From the NCBI RefSeq assembly GCF_001194135.2, contig NC_068982.1, positions 118,270,331 to 118,334,330 on the forward strand: 64,000 nucleotides of DNA, written 5' to 3'. This DNA comes from Octopus bimaculoides (Eukaryota). A model generated the notes under the pieces. It had not been told where the DNA came from. It saw nothing but the letters and a program-made list of their open reading frames with translations, and ran no database searches. This document shows positions 10,712-23,905 of the stretch, in pieces (position 1 is the stretch's first letter; each line of letters starts with the position of its first letter). Both the position numbers and the translations under genes were made by a program.

Positions 10712-13700
10712 AAAATATGTAGTCTATTGACTTTTATTACTGGTATGAATGTTTTCTAAATTTTCTACCTTTTAATTTTCAAAGTACAACTTTCATAATT
10801 TCAAACATTGGTAAGCAGTTTTAATTTTATTATTTACAGCTAATTATATGACTGCGCTTGCGCGCTTGATTTGTACGTGTTCATGTAGGCGTATGTGTGA
10901 ATCACTGTATGTTGGGATACTGATACGTGCCTTAAGGTTATTAAGTAGCCATGAAGTCTAAAGACGCGAATCAAACACCAGAAAATTCTTGACCACTTCG
11001 TAACGCTTGATAGGCATGGCCAACTATCAAATAACTCTGCACACCTTAGAGTGGCTTTCGTTCCAAAGGTATTGACGCCTACCTTTTTTATTGTTTCCAT
11101 TATAGTTTGTATTTTTTTTATCGATCACCTCTAGCCTTTTGAGATCTGCTTGCTGAACGTGCTCTGAGAAATCCCTAACGTAGAGCCACGACTAAACTCC
11201 ATTTACTGTAGATGTCGTCACATTCTATCCACTTTACTTCCAACCATTAATAACAGAAGTAAGCGAGAACATTATAACTTAATTTTGCTTGCGTAACAGA
11301 ATTCAAAACGAATCTGTGCCAATCAGCTTCACTGTCCATAATTTAGGTCTTTTGCTATAACTATAATCCCAATATTTTTTTATATGATCTACATGTTCGT
11401 CGGGAAAATTTTCCTTAACGCTCAATAACAAATGTCATTTATAAAATTTCTTTTATATACTGTATGTATGTTTGTGTATGTATGTAGCTGTAAATGGGAT
11501 GTGATAAAGTGTGATACACAATCGAAATCTGGCTCAGTAGTGTATTCAACACTCCACTCTAATATCCAGTGTAGGTCGACACAGGCACAAAACTCAATAT
11601 AGGCTAGTATTTGGAATACAAGCCAAATAATATGATAGACAAAAATATACGCAAAAAGCAGGTTTAGAATTCAAAGATTTACAGGACATACGCGCGCTTC
11701 AGTATTTTACCTCTAGAATATCACGCAAAAATATGCGATACTGATTATCTAAAATGGATGATTGCATAATGTTCCTCATACACTTTTGTAATTACTTCAG
11801 CAACAGGTGAAACATCTGTATATCCTATAAACTTTTGAATACTATACCTTTTCCTGGTAATTATTTTTCGATTTGTGCAGGTGTATATGTTCCTGTGTCA
11901 GCGTGTGTGCGTGTGCTTGCGGGAGTTTGTGTCTGTATGCGTCAGTATGTTCCCTTGTGTGCGTGTGTGAATAGTAACCTAACTGTTTCAGCGCGAAACG
12001 TTTTATTAAAAAATGTGACTAATTACAAGAATCACTTTGAAAAAATGTCAGTCTCCTTTCGGTCATTTTAATTATTCAAGTCTAAGGAAAGCATCAGTGC
12101 CCACTTCCATTCAGCTTAATAGTTACAGTCTACTTAAGGAGTGACAAATCAGCGACTGCAATAAAATATTTGCAGAAAGTGGTTCGGCGTTCTTGGTAGG
12201 AAATACTTGTGTTTAGTCATTAGACTGGAGCATGATGAGAGATGAGGGAATGGAGAGTATATGAGTGGAAGTAGTTTAAGACAACCTGATGCAAGGAGAT
12301 GCAGCTGTCGCAGTAGATGTACCAAACTTTCAAGTACTACACAATCGTCAGGCTTAGTAACATTTTAATAGAAAATATCGGTTGGAAACGCATCCTGACT
12401 CGTAGACTAGAGAAAGTCTTTGAAATGCAGGATTTGGTTTGTCATTTAGGATCTTTATTAAGGAGATATCCTCAGGTTAAGATGAGATCTACAACTTGGA
12501 ACAATCAGTCTCATTATAATTACCAGTTACACATATTTAAGGGTGAGGTGATACGATATCTTGTTAACACATGTATTACTTTTTATATTTCTTGTTGAAA
12601 TTGACCAGCATTGCATGAACTTATTGAAGGAACCATTCTATGACATAATCCATGGAATATTCGAAACTTAGCGATGATCTACATATGAAAATATAAAGCA
12701 TCATATAAAACGTTTACGCTTCATTATATATTCTATCCCAACATTACAGTATTTCGTCACCTGCAGTAGTTACGTCCAATACTTTTTAAGCTGTGGTGAT
12801 CATGGTCATTCGCATCTGCTATGCCTCATGTAAATAAAGGGAAAACTTGTCATTGATCTATACCGTCTTACCTACCTACCTACCAACCTATGGATGAATT
12901 AATGTATGGCGGCATGTATTATTAGATGGTTATTGATTAATCTGAGTTGACCTGCATTCTAATAAAACTTCATTTTCCATCTTGCAGGATGCCCAAATTC
13001 ATTCTTCTCAGCAAGGAAATCGGTCGGGTTGCTAATTTAATCACCAACCACCCGCATCATGAAACAGGTTGTATTTTGTTATGTGTCAGCAGTAGCACGC
13101 TCATGCACCTCACACAAATACATACAGTGATTTGTGCTCAAAAACTGCGATTCTAAGCATGTGCACGGGCGTATCTATATCTGTGTATAGGTGTGTATAT
13201 GTATTTTTGTATGTCTGCTCATGTATGTCTGTATGCTCGTGTATGTATATATGTATGTATAAATATAGTGAAAGAGGGAGAGAGTAGAAGTAAGAGAGGG
13301 AGGAAGGAGATACAAGTTAAATGCTGATATAGATGTATATATAGACGAACAAATTCATACCGAGAGTCAATCACAATTTTCAGTTTAGTACTACTCTATT
13401 GAAATCCAGTTTATATCTATATTTAACTCTACACATACCATGTATATGAAGGCAGACTAGTGCAAACTAATTAGTAAGACTTGCATTCATACATAGTATT
13501 GCAGCCTTGCTATATCTTGTACTCTATACTGCATTAAAGGAAATGCATTTATATTGATTTATCTTGCTCTAAAACACTTATTTCTCTCTCCATATCTACC
13601 TTTATATCTATTTTCTCTCGGTCATATTCATTGTTTCATTGTTTGTGTGTGTATTTATCTGTATTTTTTAATTTATCTTTCTATCGATACGCACACATGC

Positions 13701-13869
13701 ACACACGCATACTCACACACACGTATGTAAACACACACTAACACGCATATATTATGTGCTTGTGTGAGCGAGCGTGTGTGCGCCTACGCGTGTGTGTGCG
13801 TGCACGCATGATGTTATACATCGGTAGTCAGAATGGGATTCACATCGTCTTCAGCTTTCGAATGACATC

Positions 13870-14053
13870 ACAGCGGATGCTGGGCGAGCGGGCCAACACT
13901 CCTGCTTATCGGAAAACTATTTACAGCTGAGTAGACTGGAGTAACGTGAAGTAAAGTGTTTTGTTCGATAACTCAACGTGACGCGCCGCCCGGGAATCGA
14001 ACCCACGATCTGACACGTGTGAGTGCAGCATCTTAACCACTTGACCAAGCACC
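13870..14053 (-). mobile_element. tRNA-headed SINE family C relic
   Basis: Reverse complement GGTGCTTGGTCAAGTGGTTAAGATGC..GGGTTCGATTCCCGGG followed by AACACTTTACTTCACGTTACTCCAGTCTACTCAGCTGTAAATAG. Confidence 0.7.
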
Positions 14054-14085
<32 letters not shown>

Positions 14086-14832
14086 CATCCATACATACAT
14101 ACATGCACTCAAACATGCACACACACACACACATATATATATACATACATATATGCATATATATATATGTGTATATATATATATAAATACATATNNNNNN
14201 NNNNNNNNNNNNNNNNNNNNNNNNNNNNNNNNNNNNNNNNNNNNNNNNNNNNNNNNNNNNNNNNNNNNNNNNNNNNNNNNNNNNNNNNNNNNNNNNNNNN
14301 NNNNNNNNNNNNNNNNNNNNNATATATATATATATATAGTGTTCGTATGAGTGTGTATGTATGTATTTTCGTGCACATGTGTCCGTTTTCGGTTTTCCAA
14401 GCTATCTCCTTGTGTTCTTACCACCTACCTATCTTCGGCTATTATCACTTGCTTTGAGTAACATAAATGAACACTCAGCACCTGTATCTAGTTTTCTCTA
14501 TCCCAACTTAATTTCCATTTCGTGACAGTTGATAAGTGACTGACTTGTGAGTTGAGACTTTCTTTGTCTTCCTGGTAAAATGCGGTATACAAAACCACTA
14601 TGTTTAGACTCAATGATAAATGAATAGAAAACAAAACGCTCAGTAAATCCCAGTACATGTGTTCGAATGTGCTACTACTTTGTTTGGGCTTTCATGTGGA
14701 GAATCTACTAAGCAGATCTCATGTGTACTCTACATAAGTCTAGCAGCTTTTGTTGTCATGCTGGTACAAAATGCATTATTTTGTGGATATTGTCATTTGT
14801 AACAAGTAGGTGATAAGCACATAGTCCACTTA

Positions 14833-15252
14833 TACGAGGCTCAGTAAAAAATTATCCATACTTTCTCCATAACATCTTTATTATTACCACACTGCCTTCT
14901 GCGCATGCGTGCTTATACTTGATACTATTCTGGTCACGTGATTAAGTTTAAGCCTTATCGTACCAGTTTTCCTACTGGCTTTAGAGTGTAAGCATGGGCC
15001 TTCTACTAGCAATGTGCACCAAAGAAAAACAAAAAGCAGTTATCCGATTTCTTTGGTTGGAAGATGTGTTAGGAGCTGAAATTCATCGGCGGTTTTTATC
15101 ACAATACGGGGACAGTGCACTACCGCGTATAAAGTGTGGATGAGTAGATCGATGAGCTTACAAGTGGCCGGAAAAGCGTGACGCACGAAAAGGAAGCAGA
15201 CGCCCGTCAACCTCTGCCACAGATGAGAAGAATCAGCAAGCTTGAGAGATGG
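14833..15252 (+). mobile_element. mariner 5' end relic (TIR plus N-terminal transposase)
   Basis: TA then TACGAGG terminus; CTKEKQKAVIRFLWLEDVLGAEIHRRFLSQYGDSALPR..RRPSTSATDEK. Confidence 0.85.
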
Positions 15253-17227
15253 TAATGTTGAACCGCTTCACAATTACCATATCTCGGATTACTGCTCTTT
15301 GTTTTTCTTAGGTGCACATTGCTGGAGAAGTGGCTATGCTTACACTGTAAATCTAAAAAGAAAAAAAGCACGATCAGGCTCAAAATATAAGCAGGCATGC
15401 GCAGAAGACAGTATGACAATAATAAAGGTAGGTTATGGCGAAAGTACGGATAATTTTGGACTTCCTGTCTTACATTTGTGCAAGCTTTATCACTAGCAAA
15501 AAACTATAGCTCTAAGAGTGTACTGTATCAACAGCTACAGAAACGAATTACTAGGGGCTATAGATAGGTCCCATGTGTAGGAAAAATACTTTGCTTCATT
15601 GGAGAGCTAAAGTGTGTCTCAAACTCGACAGCTGTCTATAAGTAAGGTTCTTTCTCACCAGAATTCACGTATTTCACAGAATGAGTGGTGTATAATTCAT
15701 TTCTGCAAATTGGATAGTCACATACCGACAGATAAGATGACAAGGAAAACAAGAGATGAATGAACAACATGGAAAGAAGAACCTAGTGTTCACTATCAAG
15801 CCCTGGAATAATCGTCCGTGGACAACTGGTCTGTTTATCAAATAGCCGTCCATGACATTGGCAAAAAGGTCATCGTAGGAGAAGTTTGTTCACTCCAGTT
15901 CACGAACACTCAATTCATCAATTAAAATTACTCATTCGGCAGGTTAGGGAGGCATAAGAATGAACGGATATTCGTTGCGTTTGACAGCATGGTGGTAAAA
16001 GTCTCGTTGTTCACACGGTTTTAGGTTTTATCAGGAGTTCGTATCTGATGGGGTTGATACTGATAAATCAAGGACAGCGTCCACGCTACCCGCACGCATA
16101 GATTTTCATGCTGGACATACCAAGATTCTTTACATGAATTCTCACATACCCATTCACTCCTACAAATGATATTAAAGACAACTTCTACAGGTAATTGAAC
16201 AGTTGCATAAAACATTTCTCGTGTCCTTAAGAATATTATGCAACTCCAAAGCAATAATGAATCTTGCCTCATTTACATGGTCACTATTATGTATTATGTG
16301 GCCATAAAAAATAATCAAAACCCGTTATATCATATAATGCTTCACTGTTACGTAATTTGGCTATGAAACAAATTTTAAAATACGCACACACTAAATATAA
16401 GAATGAGTTGGAGTTTATCAATGTGAGATGATTCCTTTCCAAGACGTTTTGAGTGACAAATACATCCCACAGAGCAACTTATGATACAAATTAATACCTT
16501 GGCTACATGAACATCTTGCGGTCTTATCGATACAAGTTCCGAATATATGAATCAAAGATCACAAGCCTACTATCATCTGCCTATTTCAAAGCATTTCTCT
16601 CATCCGGCCTCCCATACAAACACGGAATATCCAATACAACACACCTTTTCAACTACTCAACAGAGTAATACAGCAGCAGTAGTTTTTAGAAAACCATATA
16701 GAATAATAATTGATGCTCATCCGACACAGATGCATTGAAATTCTCCGATTTCTGCCTCATGCAATAATCTTTAATACTTGAAAGCATGGCCAATGTGTGA
16801 ACTAAGAGCAGATATCAATATATGATAGAATTTATTAAAAACTAGCTTGCATTGAATTACAGATACTAGCTCAGCAGTAGCAACTAAATTCAAGAGTAAA
16901 ATAAAGAAAATGAACAGTGGTATCAAGAAAAGTGGTATCAAGTAGTATCAGATCATAGATTTGGAAAATTGCAACTTCAAAGTTCAAAGATGGAACAATA
17001 ATCACACAAAAAAAAATGAAATGATGTATAAGTGGATAGGACTTTACTTGGATCAAAAGCAAATCTATCTTCCAGTATAATCTACGGGCTATAAAACTTC
17101 ACCCGTTTCGCTATGTGGGCTAAACTAATTCGTATAATATGCCACCTGAACAAAAGAAATGGAGTGCTTACAACCAATGTAGAAACTCCAAAGAAGTACT
17201 GTATCCAAGCTGCGAATGGTCCTCTTT

Positions 17228-17461
17228 GGTAGACGGACAATTCGTCGACAGACGGTTAGCCGACAGACAACTTACAAACAGGAAAATTGTGTGGTATGGT
17301 GCAGAGTCTTGTTGCCAGACATAGGTTGCTCCAGCATACACCCCCTTGTACCAGGGCAGCACAACCTCCTCCAGGCGTTTGATGAAGTTTCTCGTGTTGA
17401 GTCCGAGGCTTTGTGAGAATTGTTTGTCGGCGAATTGTCTGTCAACAAATTGTCTGCATAC
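17228..17461. mobile_element. foldback/MITE-like inverted repeat enclosing a maT-like transposase fragment
   Basis: ~44-bp inverted arms (17229-17272 and 17418-17461, about 34/44 matches) made of ~15-bp GACAATTCGCCGACA-type units. The interior, minus strand, reads GLNTRNFIKRLEEVVLPWYKGVYAGATYVWQQDSAPYHT. Confidence 0.65.
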
Positions 17462-18122
17462 GGTCTTCATGGACCTAACAAAAGCGCTTCATCATTTCAG
17501 CAGAAACAGTCTCTTTGGTATATTAAAAGTCATCAGTTGCACAAGTAGAAATAACTATTATAAAGGAGATACAGATATGAAATGAGGCACATATTATGGA
17601 TGGATGTCCGTAAGATTCGGCGTGAAGGAAAAGACAACAAAGGGTGTGTTCTCAACACCGAATAGTTTGCAATTCACATCACAATGGTCCTCAAAAGTCC
17701 ATTTAAACCACTCGGTTCATCAATGCATAAAAAAATATTCAAAATTAATATAATTGAAACCAATATAATGCAAATGATAATTGATGGTCTTGCTAGTGTT
17801 TCTTCAAAAGTTGACCTCAAAAGCGTTATGTAACCAGTCCATATTCAAGTGACACAACTTCCAAGACGACTAACAACAAGTTTCACTCCGAAGATTTCTA
17901 TTACCATTTGTGCGACAGAAGAGACAGGTGTTGAGTGGCGTAAGGTAACCGTAGGGTCTCCATGAACACGCATAGTGTAAATACCCACTGCAAAATACAG
18001 ATGTCCCTGATGACTGCAACGGAGAAGAAAGAAAAATGTTGAGAGCGATAGTGCATAACTACTTGTGTGATAGTGTTATAAGATGACTTTCTGATGTTGA
18101 TATATATATATACACAAGGCAC

Positions 18123-18144
18123 ACACAGACACACACACACACAC

Positions 18145-18221
<77 letters not shown>
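18123..18221. repeat. (CA)n microsatellite
   Basis: Near-pure CA run. Confidence 0.95.
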
Positions 18222-18223
<2 letters not shown>

Positions 18224-18254
18224 CCGACACCATGAGGATCATTCCCCAAATTGA

Positions 18255-19280
18255 AAGCTTGGGTCTGCGGGCTGCCACCCGGCATAGAACCCGATTGGAT
18301 AGAGGACACTATCCGCCGGGGTCTGGGTGGCAGCGGAGCCAAGATCTTAAACATAAAAATTTTGCCTACGGTTGATTAGGTTGGGTCAAAAGCTGTTTGA
18401 CCCTGTGGACCGAATCAGCCAAAGATCTAGTCTTCCCAGATAATTTAGGGATGTCCTGGTACAGGTATCCGGTGGGACAACCCCCAAGTGTCACCTGTGC
18501 CTGTAACCTGGCCACATTAAGAAAAACTGTCCCCGGGATCAGAGTAGGGTCTTGGAGCAGTTAATAAACATAGTCCCCCCCGCTCCCTCACTGGAAGGAG
18601 AGACGAAGGAGGTCGGGGAGGTGGAAACTTCATCGAAGAAAGGAAAAATAAGAAAGAAGGTGGGCAACAATGGTTGCCCACCGAGGGCTGCGGCGGAGGA
18701 GGAGGACCTTCCGGTTAAGTTGGAAGTGCCCCCTGCTCCTGTGGCCCCAAAATACAAAAGAAAAAAAGAAGAACGGGCACTGGTCGGCACGTGATAGCAC
18801 ACCGCCGGCGTGTCCCGACACGCAGTTGGTGGGAATTGTGCCACCAATGGAGGAAGGCCTGTCGGTGGGAATTGTGCCGCCGATAGTAGAAACTGTGGCC
18901 TCACACTGTAATGAGGAGGAATTTGTAATCATCTTTAACAAGAGAGGGGCCGTCCAAGAATTTGTGAAGAAGTTTACTAGGAATGGTCGGCGGAGAGCGA
19001 TCCTCACCTCTACCGAAGACCCTGATTGGCCTTCGCAGATGGCTGCGGAGGTCGTGTGGCAAAAAGATTTGTACAGGGTGATGGATTCCTTCCCTGGCGA
19101 ATCTTACCGCCTCATGCTGAAGTAGACCGATCTAAAACCATCGAGGTGCTTGAGCACTGAATCTGGTCGGGTGGTAATGGGTAAGAGGACGAGTGCCTCA
19201 TATTGAAGGGGCATGTGGTCTATAAAAAGAAAAGTGTAAGAGGCAGGTCCCTCAGTTCAAGGACTAATACTGTGAAGTAA
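18255..19280 (+). mobile_element. disrupted gag-like ORF1 of a non-LTR retrotransposon (L1/Tx1-like)
   Basis: GC-rich island. KAWVCGLPPGIEPDWIEDTI (RRM-like), TPKCHLCL*PGHIKKNCP (CCHC knuckle) and a Pro/Glu/Lys-rich linker, with stops and frameshifts. Confidence 0.65.
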
Positions 19281-19484
19281 GAGGTTTATAGCCTCAATTT
19301 GTAAATTTCTTTAATTTATAAAAAACAATGTTTTAGAGAAGCAGAGTCCGGCGAGCGGCTTTTGACTTCTCCCATGGATATCATCATGTTCATCATTCAT
19401 CGCATCTCATTAATGTCTTCGTCCAGCCCGCAGCTACTCTATGTACTGCCCTCGTGGCAAATTTAATGAATAAACGTATCTTGC

Positions 19485-19608
19485 TTACCAACTACATGGT
19501 TCTGGGTTCCGTACCACTGCGTAGCACCTCGGGCTAGTTTCTTCTACTCTAGCCTCGCGACGAGTAAAGTTTTGTGAGGGGATTTGGTAGGCGAAAATTG
19601 AAAGAAGT
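19485..19608 (+). mobile_element. SINE family A 5' half
   Basis: CTTGCTTACCAACTACATGGTTCTGGGTTC..CCACTGCGTAGCACC..TTCTACTCTAGCCTCG..GGATTTGGTAGG; runs into a microsatellite and a gap. Confidence 0.75.
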
Positions 19609-22600
19609 ATGTGGTACACATACATACATACATACATATATANNNNNNNNNNNNNNNNNNNNNNNNNNNNNNNNNNNNNNNNNNNNNNNNNNNNNNNNNN
19701 NNNNNNNNNNNNNNNNNNNNNNNNNNNNNNNNNNNNNNNNNNNNNNNNNNNNNNNNNNNNNNNNNNNNNNNNNNNNNNNNNNNNNNNNNNNNNNNNNNNN
19801 NNNNNNNNNNNNNNNNNNNNNNNNNNNNNNNNNNNNNNNNNNNNNNNNNNNNNNNNNNNNNNNNNNNNNNNNNNNNNNNNNNNNNNNNNNNNNNNNNNNN
19901 NNNNNNNNNNNNNNNNNNNNNNNNNNNNNNNNNNNNNNNNNNNNNNNNNNNNNNNNNNNNNNNNNNNNNNNNNNNNNNNNNNNNNNNNNNNNNNNNNNNN
20001 NNNNNNNNNNNNNNNNNNNNNNNNNNNNNNNNNNNNNNNNNNNNNNNNNNNNNNNNNNNNNNNNNNNNNNNNNNNNNNNNNNNNNNNNNNNNNNNNNNNN
20101 NNNNNNNNNNNNNNNNNNNNNNNNNNNNNNNNNNNNNNNNNNNNNNNNNNNNNNNNNNNNNNNNNNNNNNNNNNNNNNNNNNNNNNNNNNNNNNNNNNNN
20201 NNNNNNNNNNNNNNNNNNNNNNNNNNNNNNNNNNNNNNNNNNNNNNNNNNNNNNNNNNNNNNNNNNNNNNNNNNNNNNNNNNNNNNNNNNNNNNNNNNNN
20301 NNNNNNNNNNNNNNNNNNNNNNNNNNNNNNNNNNNNNNNNNNNNNNNNNNNNNNNNNNNNNNNNNNNNNNNNNNNNNNNNNNNNNGTGCGTGTGTGTATG
20401 TGTGTATGTGTAGATATGTGTAGGGGTATATGTAGGCGCGTTTATATGCATGTATGTATATGGTTTATATTCGTTTATTTAGCTTGTATAATTAAAAACT
20501 ATATTTCTCATTATATTTCTCCCGTATATAAATTTCTTATACGTTTGTCTGTATATCACTATGTTAACTCAGTCGTAAAGCGTTTCCAGTTCGTATGAAT
20601 GTAACCTCGAGGCAATAAAAGAAATTGTCATCATTATTGTCGTTGCTCTTGTTCTCCAAGTGCCTATGATTGGTATTGATAATAACTGTAGTTGCTAATA
20701 TTGTGAGCGTTACTTTATTCAATTATTAACATTTTGCCCAGCAATAAATCGTGACTGGTTGGTTAAAATGGGAAGCAAAATCTCATTTCATCACAATGTA
20801 ATATCCTTAAGATATGCACTTTGCCATGCAATATGCTCTATGTCATATAAATACATGTTCTCGGTTTTACTGATATTTACTTGTAATGTTCGGTGAATGT
20901 ACAACGAATGCATCATTCATCACATATTTGCCTTTGATTTTGTCATTTTTGCATATTTCTCAATCTTAATATTATCACCATATGTATTTTCAGTGTGATC
21001 ATGTATATATCGACAATATCTGTCTGTCACCTCAGGGTTGTTACCCCATTAACATTTGCCCTCTACAGTAGAATGTGTTATATATTAATATTACAGATAA
21101 TATCATTTTCTCTTTGTCATGGTGTCAAATTATATGCAAACATTTCCCTACTATATCTGTATGTATTTCATTCATGATGTTAGTATTTAACTGCTTACTT
21201 TCGAATTCCTTTATGGTAGCGATAATTCTTTCAGTATTATGGGTGGCTTTCCCAGGCACACATAAGATCGTAGTGTTTGAATCGGTATCTGCTACCATAT
21301 TTATCTCTCATGCTGCAGTGCTCCATGAAACTGTACCGCATGAGTTACCAATGTAACGTCCAATTTTCACTCTCTGAATTTGAAAGAAAACTGTACGGAT
21401 TAAATTAAAATTGAAAGTAATGCGAGTCAATATTTGTAACAAATGCGTAGGGTTTTCCTCACCTCTTCCCTCTAATTTTAGCAGATTCTATTTGGTATGC
21501 GTAATTATCTATTTATTTATTCACTTACTAATTTACTTATTTGTTTCGACTTCAAATAAACAAAAACAAACTGTGTATGAGTTGCTTTATACAATTAAAC
21601 AAAACGGCAAGTTTTAAATAGGCATCTATAGAATAAATAGTTTGTACTGACGTAAGTTGGCTTAAAGATAATTCGTTGACCACCAGTGTCTCCATCTTTA
21701 TGAGGTAGGATTAGCTTTTGTAGTATGATTAGCCATTGTTCTGATTGTGACTGTTTCAATGAAAGATGAATTAGTGTTTATTGTCTGACTTGCTTCTGCT
21801 CCATTGTCAGCTGATTCAGGAACTTCGGTAGAATTATCAACAGTAATCTCTTGCACTTACAAAAGATTGAGCATCTACTGCATCTACAAATATCGGCTAA
21901 ATAAATATCCAAGAAATCATGGCTTGGCCTATCATCTTTAAAATGTAGAACACACAGGATGATGTGGTTGTAAATAGAATGTCTGAAACTGTAATGAGAT
22001 TGTTCTGGATGAAATGCCTTTGATATTGCATCTACTCACTCAGAGCTAACACGCCATGTAGCAACAACTATATCAATGACAACATGCAGAGATGAATGCA
22101 ATTTCAACAGTCACCACATTATCAAACGATCACTAGAAATTCATCACAATTAAAATACAAGCTTCATAATACTGACCATGTCCCATAATCTTGGGTCTCT
22201 TATGAAAAGCACTGAACCAACAGAAAATTGATAGAAGGAAAACAGGCCTGATATTATTGTACTTTAGAACAAATGTATGATGAAACTTATTTTAATATGA
22301 AGTTTTAAAGAATTTGGATACATATACATTTGTTGGAAGTACAAAACAATTATTCTGGCGCAAAACACTAAAAGATATTCTGTGTTATAGAAAAATTGTA
22401 AGGAAGTTACATTCATGGTCACGAGACCCAGAGCGATCTCACTGTATACATTTTAGATACGTGTCTTGCCACCTAACCTCGAGCCAAGCAAAGTTTACAT
22501 TGTGGCGGAGATTGAGTTGCTGAACTCTGCATCATGGGCTGATACCTGGAAATCGAAGGCACAACCTTGGGACGTAGAGTTATTCTGATCCTATTCGAGA

Positions 22601-23427
22601 ATAGTCAGTCAGGGTACGTATTTCATGAGATACATTTTCCCTGCACTTTACGCAGATTTTCATTGATGAAAACGTCACAAATCGCATGTGACTAAAATGA
22701 GGTTTCAACTTGTAAGCGTACACCACTCCCCAAAACTCATTGGAAATTTTGGGGAGAGTGGGCATTTAAAATTAACCTGTACTAATATATGGTAAAAAGC
22801 AATTAGATCACTGGTAGAATCGGAGGAATAGCAACGTAGAAAATTTAACAAACATTTTCTGCATTCGAAACACAGAAATAAAATCACACACACACACACA
22901 CACACANNNNNNNNNNNNNNNNNNNNNNNNNNNNNNNNNNNNNNNNNNNNNNNNNNNNNNNNNNNNNNNNNNNNNNNNNNNNNNNNNNNNNNNNNNNNNN
23001 NNNNNNNNNNNNNNNNNNNNNNNNNNNNNNNNNNNNNNNNNNNNNNNNNNNNNNNNNNNNNNNNNNNNNNTACATGTGCACGTTAACGCACGCACACTTA
23101 TACACAAACTCGAACACACACACACACGAACACACACACGAACACATACACGCGCACACACATGTAAACAAACACACGCACTGACACACACACTGAAAGC
23201 AATACTAAATACTTATCCAATGGATTCACTTCACTGAGTTTCTCAAATCGTTAGTTGGAATTCACATTATATTTTTCTTAAAAAGCTGTTTTCCCAGCCA
23301 TATTGCAAAGAAAAGTATTGAACTTTCTTTAGTAACTTTTCATACTTTGGTTCCGAAATTGGTTCAGTTATGTAAATATTAATATCGAGTTTGCTAAATA
23401 TAGAAATATAGCGACAGTATCAATCTG

Positions 23428-23502
<75 letters not shown>

Positions 23503-23519
23503 GTCTGTCTCTATCTATC
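23428..23519. repeat. (CTAT)n tetranucleotide microsatellite
   Basis: Direct reading; abuts an N gap. Confidence 0.95.
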
Positions 23520-23850
23520 NNNNNNNNNNNNNNNNNNNNNNNNNNNNNNNNNNNNNNNNNNNNNNNNNNNNNNNNNNNNNNNNNNNNNNNNNNNNNNNNN
23601 NNNNNNNNNNNNNNNNNNNNNNNNNNNNNNNNNNNNNNNNNNNNNNNNNNNNNNNNNNNNNNNNNNNNNNNNNNNNNNNNNNNNNNNNNNNNNNNNNNNN
23701 NNNNNNNNNNNNNNNNNNNNNNNNNNNNNNNNNNNNNNNNNNNNNNNNNNNNNNNNNNNNNNNNNNNNNNNNNNNNNNNNNNNNNNNNNNNNNNNNNNNN
23801 NNNNNNNNNNNNNNNNNNNNNNNNNNNNNNNNNNNNNNNNNNNNNNNNNN

Positions 23851-23905
<55 letters not shown>

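Noticed and set aside
12988-13067. Plus-strand exon-like segment MPKFILLSKEIGRV.. with a good acceptor
   Set aside because: Weak donor (GTTGTA), no homology, and phase incompatible with an open frame at the 25423 candidate.
16480-16750. Possible GIY-YIG relic (YHLPISKHFSHP) with a TTGATGC..GAAA hammerhead-like trace
   Set aside because: Too degenerate; the core is incomplete and the stem has only 4 bp.
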